Assembly (NCBI GenBank): GCA_051362555.1
Contig: CM120648.1
Span: forward strand, 5,824,587 to 5,888,586
Direction of reading: 5' to 3'
Source of the DNA: Lingula anatina
Taxonomy: Eukaryota; Animalia; Brachiopoda
DNA: 64,000 nucleotides
In this document: piece after piece, positions 41,053-55,378 of the stretch
Layout of the letters: each line of letters opens with the position of its first letter
Numbering within the stretch: the first letter of the stretch is position 1
Translations under genes and position numbers: made by a program
Notes under the pieces: model-generated
Database searches by the model: none
Told to the model about the DNA's origin: nothing
Seen by the model: the letters and a program-made list of their open reading frames with translations, nothing else

Positions 41053-43147
41053 CATTAGGGTTATAATTAATATAATGTTAAATGCAGTAATGGAGTACAA
41101 TAGACTTTTTGCAGATAACAAACATATTTTCTCTGTGTTTCAAGTAACAGCTGGTGGAGGACTTATAATAAAAAACTTCTCTGGGGTCATTGCACAAAAT
41201 GTTGTGTAATATTAGGATAACTGTTTGATATTGCTTTTTTAATTACTGTTGATATCTATCCAAATTGGAAGCTACTGTTACAGTTGTATAAAACAAAAAA
41301 ATGGAGCAAAGCAAAATTATATGTATTACACAAAATGTGTGCATATAAATGATATGATTCCGACAAATCACTTTTTTTGTAGAATGCATAGGTACAGTAC
41401 AGTAGAGCAGCCTAATAACGTAATGTCTTGATGTCATTATTATGTGTCAGTATTTCTGTGAACTTGGCATCAGTTAAAAAGAGATTCCTATAAGCACTGT
41501 TACATGGTGTTCACAAATTAATGCACAATAATCCTTCCACCCCCACCAACACACCCACTCCAACCCTGGGTGGAAAGCAATATGACTCAAATTTCAATAA
41601 AAAAATACTCAAAATAATTAAATCCCACATACTACAACCATGATAGTGTTTATAACTAGAGAAATAAAAGCACCTTTTAGCGCGGCTAGAAATCAAAACC
41701 CCTCCTGACTCATCAAATGAAGTGAACCAAGGAACACGCTCCCCCTACATGTGTGTTTAAAAAAGAACTCACTGGTTTTATTACGCCCCCATTCCCTTAG
41801 TCACAGGAATATACTGTTTCACTGCTGACATTAGGGTGAAGAATATTCTGTTGACATTGAAGTAAATAAAGACCCTTTAGGATGTTTATCATAACAGAGA
41901 TTGAAGTGATTGTTAAAGATTCCCTGAGGACTTGAACCTTTTTCTACTCCCTTTTTTTTTTTTATCCATGTTAATCCTGCCATTGAAATGTGCTGCTATA
42001 CCTGGTCATACTGTAATTTAAGGAAGCATTTAGAACAGTTTTAACAAAACAAAAGGGTGGTTCTTTCCCACTATCCCCCCCCCCCTCCTCCACGGGTCTG
42101 CTAAGTGCGTACGCTGCATGGATAGTTCTTCAACAGTGGGTAGATAGGGTGTGTATATATATACAATATACCTGGGGGCAAGTGCTCTTTGGACCACGCC
42201 CCTGTGGTAATCATTGAGAGTTGAATTATAGTAATCAAACATCAGAACATGGCCAGTGATTCACTGATAGTTGAATTACAGTCATCAAACACAGACTGGA
42301 GTCACTGGCTGAAATATGATATGTAAGGGCAGTATCAGCAACTGTTATGAAGGCCCTTTTTACACATCGAGCCACTGTTTTCTGTACCGCACCAATTTGA
42401 CTAATCTTAACATGTAATCATGCAATTTCTGCTATTGGGGGAGGGGGAGTGTGGGGGGGGGGAGAGGGGGATCTTGTCCAATGTTCCAATGTTCCAATCA
42501 ATGCTTTTCGGGTTAACAGTGTTGTCGTGGAGACTGGGGTGGTTGGTGGTGGTTGGTGGGGGTCTGCTGAGGTGACCCTCTTCTGTAATAGCCAGGCTGT
42601 TTGGATGTCAATATTTCAAATTGGACAGACCCAGTTAATTGTACCACTGGATGTGGAAAGAGCCTAACAGAATGTGATGTTCAGTGCACCAAGGTCTCAG
42701 TCAGTTGTGTTGGCCATCTCAACTAGCACAATCTTGACAATGGTGATGTCCACTAGGGACAGTATGCAGTCTGCGGATATGAGTCCATGCACTATATATA
42801 GTGTGACTGTGTCATTTCTTATTGGTACTATGAGCATTATTCAGACTCGCAGCCAGAGAGGTATTTGGGAAGTTTGAATGAACTGGCTTTTTTGCCCAGA
42901 AAAGGTACACTCTGGGCAAAAATTGATCTAGGTACATAAAAAGTTTCATGGCAAAAGTTTCTAAAATCAGAGGTTTATCATATGGACTCGTTACCAATGG
43001 TATAAAGCATATCTTTCACTTGTAATCCCTTTTTTTAAAGTTCCTTAGTGTATGTACACCCCTTAATGCTTCAGTCTATCAATATTCCTCTCTCCTTCTT
43101 TCCATCACCCCCCTTAACCCACTGTCCAAACATAACCCCAGACTTAC

Positions 43148-43192
43148 CTTGACTGCCTTGGATCTTAATCCTCTACACAGTCTACACAGCAT
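43148..43192 (-). CDS. Candidate short alternative first coding exon (MLCRLCRGLRSKAVK)
   Basis: gacATG followed by exactly 15 codons to a consensus AAG|GTAAGT donor, phase 0. Confidence 0.45.
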
Positions 43193-43676
43193 GTCTGCCT
43201 CATCTGGAAGAATAATATATCACAATTGTACTTTTTTCAATACAGAGGAAGATGATCAGATCTGCCAACATACTGGTATGTCAAACATCTTATTAAAAAA
43301 TAACATAACAACTGTAAACAATGATTCTATCCTAACAAATATATTAAGAAGAATACACGTAAATGTTATAGCACCTATACAATGGAAATCTTCCATATTG
43401 CCTGAATAGAAAAGCTCATGATTATATCTTAAATAAATACCCAGTAAATATTACTCGTATAATTTAACAGTGATATCAAAATACATAATGATTTGCATAT
43501 CAAATGCTGCCTCAGCAGTACACGTGATAGCATCTTCAATATTACTATACTTATATATGTCTTAAAATACAGTGCTTCTGACAGGGAAAAACATTCTGTG
43601 TATAAAAACATTTTATCCACTATTTCATTTTGGTCTAGGTTTTGTAACTGTGAACTTCAGATGATGAACCTGGAAC

Positions 43677-43808
43677 AGGGGCCGATCCAGAGATATTTCT
43701 GACAGTCTTCCAAATTGTCTTTGCTGATCCATTCTCCATTTTCGACCGTCTTCCAACACAAAAATTAGATGCCTGTCAGTGTAACTTGAAAAATTCCGAC
43801 CATCTTCT
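43677..43808 (+). mobile_element. MITE family B, truncated copy
   Basis: CAGGGGCCGATCCAGAGATATTTCTGACAGTCTTCCAAATT... aligns to the 53566 copy. The right TIR is missing. Confidence 0.75.
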
Positions 43809-44413
43809 GCATTATAAATCATCTGAAGGAATTATTGACTTAAAGAATAAATGAATGAATAAAACTAAAAATCTACATTAAATAATTAAATAGTAGATAA
43901 ATTAATGAGAGAATAAATAAATAAATAAATAATTCATCCCTTCCTATAAAGAAAACATCTAATTCACTTTCCCTACACCCCTATAAACTCCCTGTAATTA
44001 AAATAAGCTCACATATTCCTACCCTTACATAATAATTCACTGATGTATCCCGGGGACACTAATCTTCAATAACATGTTTCAAATTCCAAGCACAACAAAA
44101 GATCACATTTCTGCGATACCTGTCAAAGTTTATTTAATATTGTTACCACACTCAGAGCTTTATTGAACACGGAGCGCTTGAGAAGGTATCAAAATGTCTC
44201 ATTCAAGTGCACCTCCCCTTGTCAGCTTGTGAGACTCTGAATTAATTGAATAAAAAAATCTAGAATTTCTTTTGAATGGAAGTGAACAGTTGATTTTTGG
44301 TTTCAATACAGAATGTATTTCTCTATGGGTTACAGACTGCAAACAGTTGCACAGGTAGCTAGCTAATTGTTCCCTATGTAAAGAGTGGCAAATGTAAACA
44401 TCTGCTTATGAGG

Positions 44414-44643
<230 letters not shown>

Positions 44644-44901
44644 AATATCCTGAAAATGCAAGCACTTAAGGCATGTAGCTCAATATTCTGGAAGACTTTC
44701 ATCTCACCATGCACTTCTAGTGTGCATGCATTTCAGAGTACACATGAGTGCATGAACTGGTAATTGCATATGCGCATTCACACAAGTGTTTGTACGCATG
44801 CTTGCCTGGAAGACAGAGAGCTAACCTGGCCAATCGTGGCCAACCCTGCCCAACCTCTATTTCTTGGTAACCGTGCTAATCCCAGATAACGTTGCACTCA
44901 C

Positions 44902-44983
44902 CTGTACTGGTAGGTGTACATGTCGGTGACAGAAACACGTCATCCAAGGTGTCCATCCAGTGCAGGCCGGCCATGTCAGACAT
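44902..44983 (-). CDS. Candidate alternative first coding exon (MSDMAGLHWMDTLDDVFLSPTCTPTST)
   Basis: GCCGCCATG start context and CAG|GTGAGT donor, phase 1. A GC/CpG-rich patch in an AT-rich intron. Confidence 0.55.
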
Positions 44984-47900
44984 GGCGGCTGGATATACTA
45001 CAACCCAGTGAACTGATTGTCCTCACAGTTGTCAAACATATATAAATGTCATTTATATGTGACACGGATGTCAAACAGAAACCCCTCTCCCTCTCTTCCA
45101 CATGCAGTGACCTTATACACTCAATTTGAGATCATATCACTGATTATTCCAAAATAAGCATACAAAGTGCCTCTTTGGTACATAAGTTATATTCATATAT
45201 GTCTTGTTCAAGTAAAAAATGGTGGGCGTCTGCTTCTTTCAAATACAAGCTGGCTGCTCGCTGCAAATCTTTTCACTTTACAGACCTGAACTCCGACACC
45301 TAAGTGAGTCCATCAGAAGCTTTTGATATCACCATAGCAACCTTAGTGTAGAAGATGCTCCTTCTGTGACAACTCGAATCCTAACAACTGCATGTTTAAG
45401 TCTAATTGAAAGACGCTGTCTCACAAATCAGCAGGAATCCTTGCAGACCAGGAAAATTCCAGACACCAAACCCTGTAACCATCCCTGTACTCAGCAAGAA
45501 CCTAGCTTTCAATTACAAATATTTCCTTCTACTCCGTCAGGCACCAAAGGACCTGATTATTATTTGATGAAATCATATAAGAGCAATGGTCCATGTATAT
45601 TATATACAACTATAACACGAAGCCAATGATCCGGATAATTAAAAAGCTGAGAGTCCCACTATGCTTATGGCGCTTGCAGTAAATCCCTTCCAAAGTCAAC
45701 GTGCCATGAATTCAGACGCATGCTGAACACATATCCAATCCTATCAAACTCCACAACTCTTCAATCAGGCTGCTGAGCTCGTAGAAAATCCTTCCTAAAA
45801 GACCCCACCTGTACCGAACAACACAGAGCACCCCCGTCCCTCTGCACCTCTCTCTCTTGTTGTGGTATTTACTCTAGCATTCACAGGGGTCTGATATAAC
45901 AATGAAAGGTTACTCAAATACCTAACTGGTCTGAATAACAGTTTGTGTCAACGCCAGTTTATTGCTGAAATAAAATAAATAATGCCTCCATTTGTGTGTG
46001 TGGCCAGTAATGGAATGCCACTAGTGATAGTTTCGGCTATTGAAGAGGGAGGGGGGAGTGGGCTATTGAAGTGCTCGAGCACTTGGTGTTTAACTAAGCC
46101 AAACAGATTCAAGAAATCAGAACAAGATAATTCAGCAAGAATCCATGATGACTGTTTCACTTACATGATGTATATAATTATTTTCTAAAATTGCTTGATA
46201 TTCATGTTTGCCTTAAAAATAGATTTGCCATATTAGCTCTGCATTGCATCCTGTTTCAACTTATGTATATCACAACTGGTGTTGTCCTAGCTATCCACAT
46301 TCCAAATCAACGTTTGCATCATTCGGGGATATATCTTCCTTACTGACTTCTTGACTTTTCATTTCTTTCTTCCATATAACAAGACTGGGATACTAAATTT
46401 ATGCCAACATTTGCAGGAAATAAACACCTCTGCAGATACTACAGAAAATATAGGTGAAAATTTAACCTGACACTTCATCACAAGCACACACACACACATG
46501 TGCATGCGCTCACACACAAGCACATTTGCCAACCTCCAATTTAAAAAAGAAATGTCTACATACGAATTCTTATGGCGAACTCAGAACAGCAGAAATCTGC
46601 CATCTGGCAATAAAAAAAGCACATGCAGCTGAGCTTTTATATATAGCTCCTTGCATGACAATACCATACACTACCTGAGGAGTACAGAACTCAGATTAAT
46701 TATATACTCAGTGTTTCAGTACTAATCTGCACACAGTGACACCAATTTATACAGCCAGAAATATTACCCTTAGGCTAAAATGTAAAATGTTACAAAAAAC
46801 ATGTACTTACATGCACTCAATATAATTACAATCAATATGCCAGGTGTAATAATAATATAAACATGACATTACTCAAAATGCTTCAAACTTGAAAGTATTA
46901 TCTTACAAAATCTTATAAAAATATAATAACATCTGTAAAAAATGTGAGTCTGTCCTAAATAATACATAGAATGCACATCAATGCATATTTTCAGTTGGCA
47001 ACTCTGTAGTTGCAATATGATCCATTTTTGCTGAGGGCTACTGTCGGACAATTAATCTGTCATATATAAAACTAAAACGCCTTGTCTTCTTTTACCAAAT
47101 GTCACCCATTAAAATTTATTTTCATATATACATGGACCAGATTGGTTAGCTATGATTATGACATAATGATTATTTTTCTTCTTTTGCTGCATGAAGATTT
47201 CTGATGAGAGAGAAAATCCAAAATGGCAAGTACTACAAATGACACTCATGTTAAGCTAAAGAGCCAAAAAGAAACCCAATTATGTTTTGACAGCTAAAAA
47301 AAACATGTCATCCAATCCTGCTATTTTTCCTCCAAGTTATTTCATACCATTCACAATAGATCTCTACATCAAGACCTCTAGCTGGTAACAGCTAGTCCCT
47401 GAAGCATGTTTAAGGTACACACCATTCTTTTCTTTGCCGTCCTTTGACCTTTTTACTAGTGACCTCTGACCATAGTAGTATAGAGACAGTATGACCCTTC
47501 CCCTGATTGGTACAAAGCCAGGGGGGCAACTGTCAAACTATAATGTACTACCATTCAAGACCTCTTTACTCACCTGTCCTGAGCACCCTTACAGAGATTT
47601 AGAGTTCACAACTGTAAATACATACAAGGTATTCTATTTGAGATTTTCCCACCAAATTTAATTTACCTCAGAAGAAAAAAATTCCTTCTGTTGACCACTG
47701 TAATCACTGATGCCCCCATCCCTACACAAGGTTTTAAAGTTTTACACCATTCAATATCTGTCCAACTACAGAAAGACTCATAGGACTGCCATGATATCTT
47801 TAACTTCCCTGACATTAGCTGGAGCGAATTTAGAGAAAAATTAAGCAAACTAGAATAAAAGCACCCAGAGATTGCAGACCTATGCCAAGGCAGCTCAATT

Positions 47901-50900
47901 CTCCTGAATATTAATTCATTCAATAACAGATCACCTTTGGCATCTCATCAAATCTCAGTTCACCTATAATTTCTGGCCTGTTACCTGTCCTTGAAATTTA
48001 TCAAAATATGTCTGTGTTTTTTTGAGTTAGCTAGGATAATAACTCACAAACCAACATTAAGACAAAACATGACCTCCATGACAGAAGTGACGAGCTATTA
48101 ATTAAGACACTCTACATTATAAAGCCAATTGCCATATTGATATATGTGTTAAGTTTTAAATAAACAAATGGAGTCTGATTAAGCATACAAGAACATGCCT
48201 ACACGTACTCACACACACATGCATGCACGCACCTGGTGAGCTGGCTAATCCAAGTACAGCAAAGGTTCTACCAAATCCCAGCATACTGTCAATTGTGGCT
48301 AAAACACAAGGAGCACTTTCTTCTTTTGAGTGAGTGTATATTTGTCAACTTTTTATGTACTCTCAAGGCCACTGCTATTCATGTAATTTACTCAAACATC
48401 CTCCAAGCAGCACCGTCATAAAATGAGACTGCAATCATCCACGTGGGAATATTCACAGAAAATGTCAAAGACATCTCATGTAAGCATGTTTTCATCGATA
48501 AAGGAGTTCCTGTGAAATCCAATTTACCCAGAAGCTCTGATTGTTTTGTGTTAAAATCTTGTCCAACTATCTAATGAATTCAACATTTGGCATTTCATAC
48601 ACCATAATCCACAGAATGGAATATGCAAGATTTAAAAACTTAACTTGAATCAAGGTTTTCTGAGTAAAATCTTCGTTAATATATAGTCAGTGACAGAATT
48701 TGTTGAACAAAGTGCCTGTAACGTCATCTGCTTAAGTATACTTGGTCATCAAATACATCAAGACTCTAAATTCCCAGATTCTGTCCGAATTCCAATACAA
48801 TAAAAACTGTTTCCAGTAACTTTCACTTTTGTCACAAAGCCTTATAATATTATATAATCAGTATATTCTGTGACATCCAACATATCAGTAATAATCTAGT
48901 GGCATTATGTATATATATCCATAACCAGACTGCACAATCCAAGCACAAAAGATGGTCCACAGTCTCTGTCAATCTTGGAGAAACCTAACAAATCTTAATC
49001 CAGCACAAGCGTTATACGGCGCAGTTCCAGCTCTAGTCAATCAATGGCAGAACAATGCTGTGAAAATATCTCTACTCCGAGTAATCCAGACACTGCATTG
49101 TTGCTGTAATTGATCTGCTTCACACAGTTAACTCTTGTGATCAGTTGATTCACACTAGAGACAAACTAAAACCTTGATTGACTAAACTGCATCACTTGTC
49201 AAGATTTTATCACACATTGCAGTGACACAGGGGTACCTGTTTGGGATCCAAACACTCCACCTCTTAAACCTCTGTCTTAAAATTCCTGCAGCTATCCGTT
49301 TATTCACATGGCAATGTCAAGTGAAGAAGCTGAGACAATTTACGTTCTAAATCAATCTCAGAGTGAACAGACACTATTGTGCACACAGACATAATAGTCA
49401 GTAAATGAGGTGAGCATTCAAGTGAATATCTCAATATGTTAACGTGACAGCCCTGTCAACACAGCATCAGGTGAAAGGAATGGTGACGTCAGCCATCGAC
49501 TCTGACACCTCAACTTAGCCACCTCTCGGTGATCAATCAGCTGTCCGTTTCATGCTCAGGTGAAAACTTCCTGATCTATCAAGATATGGTTATATGATGC
49601 ATGAGCACATTGACAGCTTCAGAAGTCTCAGGGAGAAAAAGAAAATGTCAAGTCACAATGCATAAGACGTAACACTAGAAGACATCCTCAGTTTGTCTCC
49701 AGGTGTCTGGTTAAATGGGATTAAGACATCAACCTAAGCAATTAATGTCAATCCTTCCCCCTCTAGAAAAAGTCTTAATTGCTAGCACAAACAACAGTCT
49801 ATATAGACGCTGTTTCCCTTTTTACATTGAGAGGTAAATTTTTGTACCACATACACCAGTTTGACTGGCCCAAATGTAATTATGCCATAGGGAGAAGGGG
49901 GGAGGGGGGTCTACTCTCTTTCACAAGCCCCAGGGTACTAACCAAAAACAATCCAGTTAACTGGCCGTGCCTAGACAAGGGCCCTGCTTTAGCTGAGACT
50001 CCTATGTAATAGCCTGGTTATAAAGTTGTGAATTTCGCTGACTGGTGCAGAAATACAGAAAACTACACCACTCAAGTGATAATTACTTCGCTTTGGTGCT
50101 GTAGTGCTGATCAAATATGCTGCACCGATACAAAGGTTTTATCTAAACATCTCACCATGCTGTCTCAGAAAGAATGGCTTCATTAGTTTACCCTTTCTCG
50201 ATAAAATGAATAATAAAAAGTGTCCACACTAGGGAAAGAGACAGAGTTAGAGCCACTAAACATTGACATCAACATAATATATCCAACCAGGACTTTCGGT
50301 AAAAATAGTGTGTGACTTCCATATTATATGTTCACTCTTTCAACCCCTCCTCCCCCCCCCCCCCCCAAGACACAATATCTGACCTTACGAGACCTTACAT
50401 TAATTAGTATTGAAAAGCTAATACATTTAATATCAGTTCATAATCCATACATGTACAGTAGTCAAAACCTTCACCACTCATGCCCCACACAAACATAGAA
50501 ACACTAAGATATTAAAGACTTTCCACAATAATAACTAATATCAACTCATTGTATTTCAAAGCACAAAACAAATCAATCCATACAAAACACAAAGCCTTTT
50601 TACCCCACCTGATAAATTCTTGAAAAAAAATCTGATAAGGTCCAGACCACCAGAAGCTTCTGAGGACTTCAGAAAATCCACATTAATAGGTCTTCTCTTT
50701 CTATAACCGAAAAACTATTGATGGGACATTACAAACTGACGTTGGCTCTTTGTGACTAAATTGGGGCCCAAAATGAACCTGATCAATACCTCTTGGTAAT
50801 CCATGCCCCCTGGGGTCAATGACCAATTAACTTGGCCCCAACAATGGATTATTCTTTGTAAAGCACTTGGCTACTGGTACCATAGCTAGTTCACATACTG

Positions 50901-52061
50901 ATTATACTTTTTTCTTTGTTCATTATGATACATATGGGCGCCAAGATGGATATTAAAGATGACAATGTGATCACATGCTGCCAGTGCAGGTAAACGGAGG
51001 TGGTGGTTACCAAGTATTGATTGCGCTACTGTAAGACGTCCCATGTCTTTGTTCATGTGATCTGTGGATTAAGACTATCAAATAGTATTCAGTGAAGGAT
51101 TACACCTAGTGGCTCGAAAACATTATTACAGAGATGAAAGTGGACCTACTAAAAATCTTCTATCAATGCAAGAGCCAAAGAGAGCATGGGGAGGATAGCT
51201 TAACACCAGATTAAATGTACAACACCCAAATGTAAAATTTCTCTATCCTTTTACTCACTGATTAATTATTTTAATTAATTAATTAATTAATTAATAACTT
51301 TACATAATTCATTATTTCATTAATCTTCCATGTTGACTTAAATTGAAAATTTTTTACTGGTATGTGACAGTTTCCCTGAACTCTATGTCTTTAAAACATT
51401 TATAATGGTAATATTGCAACTTGGATCAATAATCAATATTTTATAAATGGTGGTGTTCCTTTCTTTCCCTCTCTCTTTGACAGTCTTCCTCCATTAATGA
51501 GTTCTCCAATGTATGAGTAACAATGGCACAATATTTACATCAAAAACAACGTCTTCGTCCAGATAAACTCCATACAGGAAGTTGGATTGATCAGGCTATT
51601 TTCATGACATAAATTATTCACCGAGAGGAAACCAAGATGGTGTCACGTTAAATGACTACTCCTACATAAACTGTTTTACGATTACATAATCAGCGATGAA
51701 AGTGGAACTTTTCAAAGATCCTAAAAATTGCAAGCAACAAAGGTGCCCAGCTCTATATTGGGTAATAGGGGTCCAAGGGGATAAATACAACGACATATAT
51801 ATCCAGATAAATCCATAAATACATATATTGAGATATTCAGATATTAAAGCAAAATGTCCAGATAAATCAAAATATTAAGACAAAATCTGTCAGACTTTGA
51901 TCTCTACACTACTAACAGTTTTCTATGAGTTATTTATCCCGATTCCAATGAGTTGAATTTCCTTTTTTTCTCAATTGCAAGGGACATCAAAAGATGGAGA
52001 AGTTATGGAGGGAGAAAAGTGGTCACAGTGATGGACATGTAACAGGATGGCCCTGTTAATT

Positions 52062-52072
52062 CCCCCCCCCCC

Positions 52073-52109
<37 letters not shown>
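52062..52109. repeat. Poly-C/poly-A homopolymer junction
   Basis: Directly visible. Confidence 0.9.
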
Positions 52110-52111
<2 letters not shown>

Positions 52112-52719
52112 GTATTCAATACCCATTGAAAAGTCCTTTTTACAACTAATATTGTGATCTCAGTGTTTGGACAACATAAACATAATAAACATCCCTCATA
52201 ACTGATAAATAATTTAATTTGGTTTTAAAAAAAGGTCTGTGGTACATTCCACTATTTGTACAGCAATGGCAACATATGGATTTGTTAAGAATGGCATTAA
52301 ATTTTTTAATTAGCGCAGTTGTCAGTGTAGCATGATTAACATTAAAGTCTTAGCATTTAGAATGATAAAATGCTTTGCTTTATTATGTAAACAATCCACA
52401 GTTAGACAGTATTAACTATAAAGGCATGACCATCATGGGAATTGAACATTTCAGTCAATGTTTTTAGATTGTCAGTAACCTCTTTTTTATCTCAATGCAC
52501 AGCTTTCAACATTTTTCTGGTTTTAAAAGGCAAAGTGCTTTTCAATCCTCACAAACCGAGTAGAATATCCACTAAACTGACAGACCATGAAAAATGTCAT
52601 TATTGCATGATGTTTTGTGCTTTATTCATCCTCTGAGTGAACTTTCTACAACACCTACACATAGCCCAGTCATTTCACACAGATAAAATTTTATTTCTAG
52701 TTTTTAAGCTTGGGAATTG

Positions 52720-52885
52720 CGTTGGGAAGGGGGCGAAAAAAATTGTCCTTTTTTTTCTGAAAAAAAGGTCCACTCTGAATCAAAATTTCTATACCACTTC
52801 TAAAATAAGGATAAAAATGATGTAGAAAGGCCCACTTTTTAAAAGAAAAATACCCTCCCCCCTTTGAAATTGCTGACTAGACCTA
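52720..52885. mobile_element. Decayed MITE family A copy (similar remnants near 42842-42960 and 54930-55109)
   Basis: AAAAGGTCCACTCTG, CCCCTTTGAAATTGCTG and related motifs are retained. Ends are degraded and boundaries approximate. Confidence 0.6.
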
Positions 52886-53565
52886 ATATATATTGCCTAG
52901 CTTAAAACAACTGATTGATTTTTCAAGCTTGTTACTAGATTAGTAACTAAACCAATGGTTGTTTGTCAGAAGTAATTGGAGGCTGAAGGTGTCTTGATGA
53001 TTGTTTCTTAGAACATGTGCATGCATGTATGTGGGACAATGTATATGCATGTGTACATGTATGTGCGTTCGCCCTATTTAACTTTCCAAGGAATACCTAC
53101 TCTATAGCTTAATGTAGACATTACCACAACTGACCATAATCCATGAATTCATTTGAACTCTACTTAAAAATAACTGCACTTTCAAAAAATCCAATAATGG
53201 CAACTGCAGGTATAGTAACTCAGCCAGCTAACCATGCAGGCCCACTAATCCCTGCCTCCTGTTATAACCCTTTAAATGAATAATTAATACAGTATTGACC
53301 ACTGTATTATTTAGGACAATTAGAGCATGAACTGCAATCTATCTAACAGTATTCTCAGGTATTGATTGTACTACATTACATTACATGGTTATATACATGT
53401 GTATATATACATTACAGAGGCAATAAGAAACCACTTCCTATGTTTGTACAGAGTTGCCAATTCTACACATTTACACATATTTTTCATATATATTATTTAG
53501 GACAGACTACCAATTTGTTTATAGGTGTTGTTCTGTCGTTAATATACTCATGTTACTACTAGATA

Positions 53566-53733
53566 CAGGGACGGATCCAGAGATATTTTCTGACAGTTTT
53601 CCAAATTATCTTTGTTGATCCATTCTCTATTTTTGACCGTCTTCTGACAAAAAAATTAGATAACTCGTCAACCTTAACTTGAAAATCTGACCGTGTTCCA
53701 GAAGACCCAGAAGACGGCCTCAATCTGCCCCTG
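53566..53733. mobile_element. MITE family B (TIR CAGGG.CGGAT), 5-bp TSD AGATA/AGACA
   Basis: CAGGGACGGAT ... ATCTGCCCCTG. Flanks match at 4 of 5 positions. Homologous to 43677-43808 and 22605-22733. Confidence 0.8.
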
Positions 53734-54246
53734 AGACAGCAGAATTTATGTATTCTGATTAATGTCATGTTAGCAACACATTGGGATGAAATTATAGTGT
53801 TGTTATATGTAAGAAAAATGCAAAAAAGATTAGATCATTTTAATTAATAATAATAATTATAAGAAGAATAATGTATCTGCTTTTGCCAATCAAGGAACTA
53901 GCCAAAGGAAAAAAAAAAACAAATAAATTGGGCTACGTATTTCCGTTTAATTTTTTTTATTTCTTTTTAAACAAAATTTATTGTTAAAGAATGTTTACAT
54001 ACTACTAGTAACTGGATCCAGTAAAGTTAATATATATTGTCCTGAACATGGAGAATAGTGCTGCTCCCCCCCCCCCACTCCCCTCCCCCGGGGACATGGT
54101 TATTGCACAGAAGACCACGCCCAGTTATAAGTATACCTAGGAGAAAAAACTATATCACCATTTCTTTGGAAAACATATACAGTCTTTACTTTTGAAGATA
54201 TGTCAGTTTGTAGAATACACATAAAAGTGTGGAGATGATAACTTTG

Positions 54247-54411
54247 CTGGGGTAGCGCTAGCAATTTTTTTCGCTTAGCCAAATCACCACTATTTTGTTA
54301 TCAAAATTATTATAATTTGACTAAAACAAGTCAAATCAAGCCCTTTTTCTTTAGCCAATTTAAGTTAATTTTAGCATTTGGCTAAATTGGCGAATGTTAG
54401 CGCTACCCCAG
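54247..54411. mobile_element. MITE family C (TIR CTGGGGTAGCGCTA), 5-bp TSD CTTTG
   Basis: Perfect 14-bp TIR, internal TTAGCCAA/TTGGCTAA motifs, CTTTG on both flanks. Confidence 0.85.
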
Positions 54412-55248
54412 CTTTGTACAACTGCTACCAAACATAATATCAACAAATAGCAAGAAGACAAAACTGTCGACATTTTTATGAAGGGTTCCACTAGAAAAAA
54501 AGTGAAAAAGCTACCAGAGGCTAAGCTGTGCATGCAGGAAAGTTAATCACCCCCTAACTGCTAAAAGGGGTGTGTCATTCAGTTAAACTGATTGCATTCA
54601 GTGAGATTCCAAGTTCAGTTGGAGCAATCTACCTAGAAGAATGCTTTTATTGGTAATGCAACCCCAGACACACTTACATCTTATCCCTGCTTGATGGAGG
54701 GAGATCACAGATGTGCTTGTTGAGATACTTGGTCACAACCAAACACATTCTGCCTAGTGACCATTTCAGAGCAAACTGAGAAATAAAATGCCTCACCTTT
54801 CATCTTCTGCATTCCCGACTCTGAAATCTTGTTGTACTTCATCAGACTCAGGCCTGGAAACAGATAATAATGAATGAGAAAGAAAATCAGTGTAAAATGT
54901 AAATCATACTGCCATCCCCTAATCAACGGAGAGGGGTTAAAAAACAATTTTAAAAAAATCCTTTCGGTTGGAAAAGGTTCACTCTGAATCAAGGTTTTGT
55001 TCCAGGATCTATGCCATTTGTCAGATTCTGTCAACTACAGTGGGTGAAAAGCTCCATTGAAAAAGATTCTCCCCTCCCCTCATGTTTGACACTGCTGGCT
55101 ACAGACCTGATACAGTGCGACATTAAAATGTAAGTGAAGCTAATTACTCAACAAAAAATATCAAAATGGACCACAAAATTTCCCAACTATGGACACATAC
55201 ATCTCCAAACATATAAGCACTCTCACACATGCCCACATGCACGCGCGT

Positions 55249-55280
<32 letters not shown>

Positions 55281-55323
55281 TGCAAAGAGAACATGTACAC
55301 ATATGCTCATGATGGTCCTCTAC

Positions 55324-55378
55324 CTGTATCCAGTGACAGCTTCCTAGCTGCCTTCCTCATTGCTCCCAGCATGCTCAT
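55324..55378 (-). CDS. Candidate alternative first coding exon (MSMLGAMRKAARKLSLDT)
   Basis: gtcATG open frame to CAG|GTAGAG (phase 1). The donor is only moderate. Confidence 0.35.
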
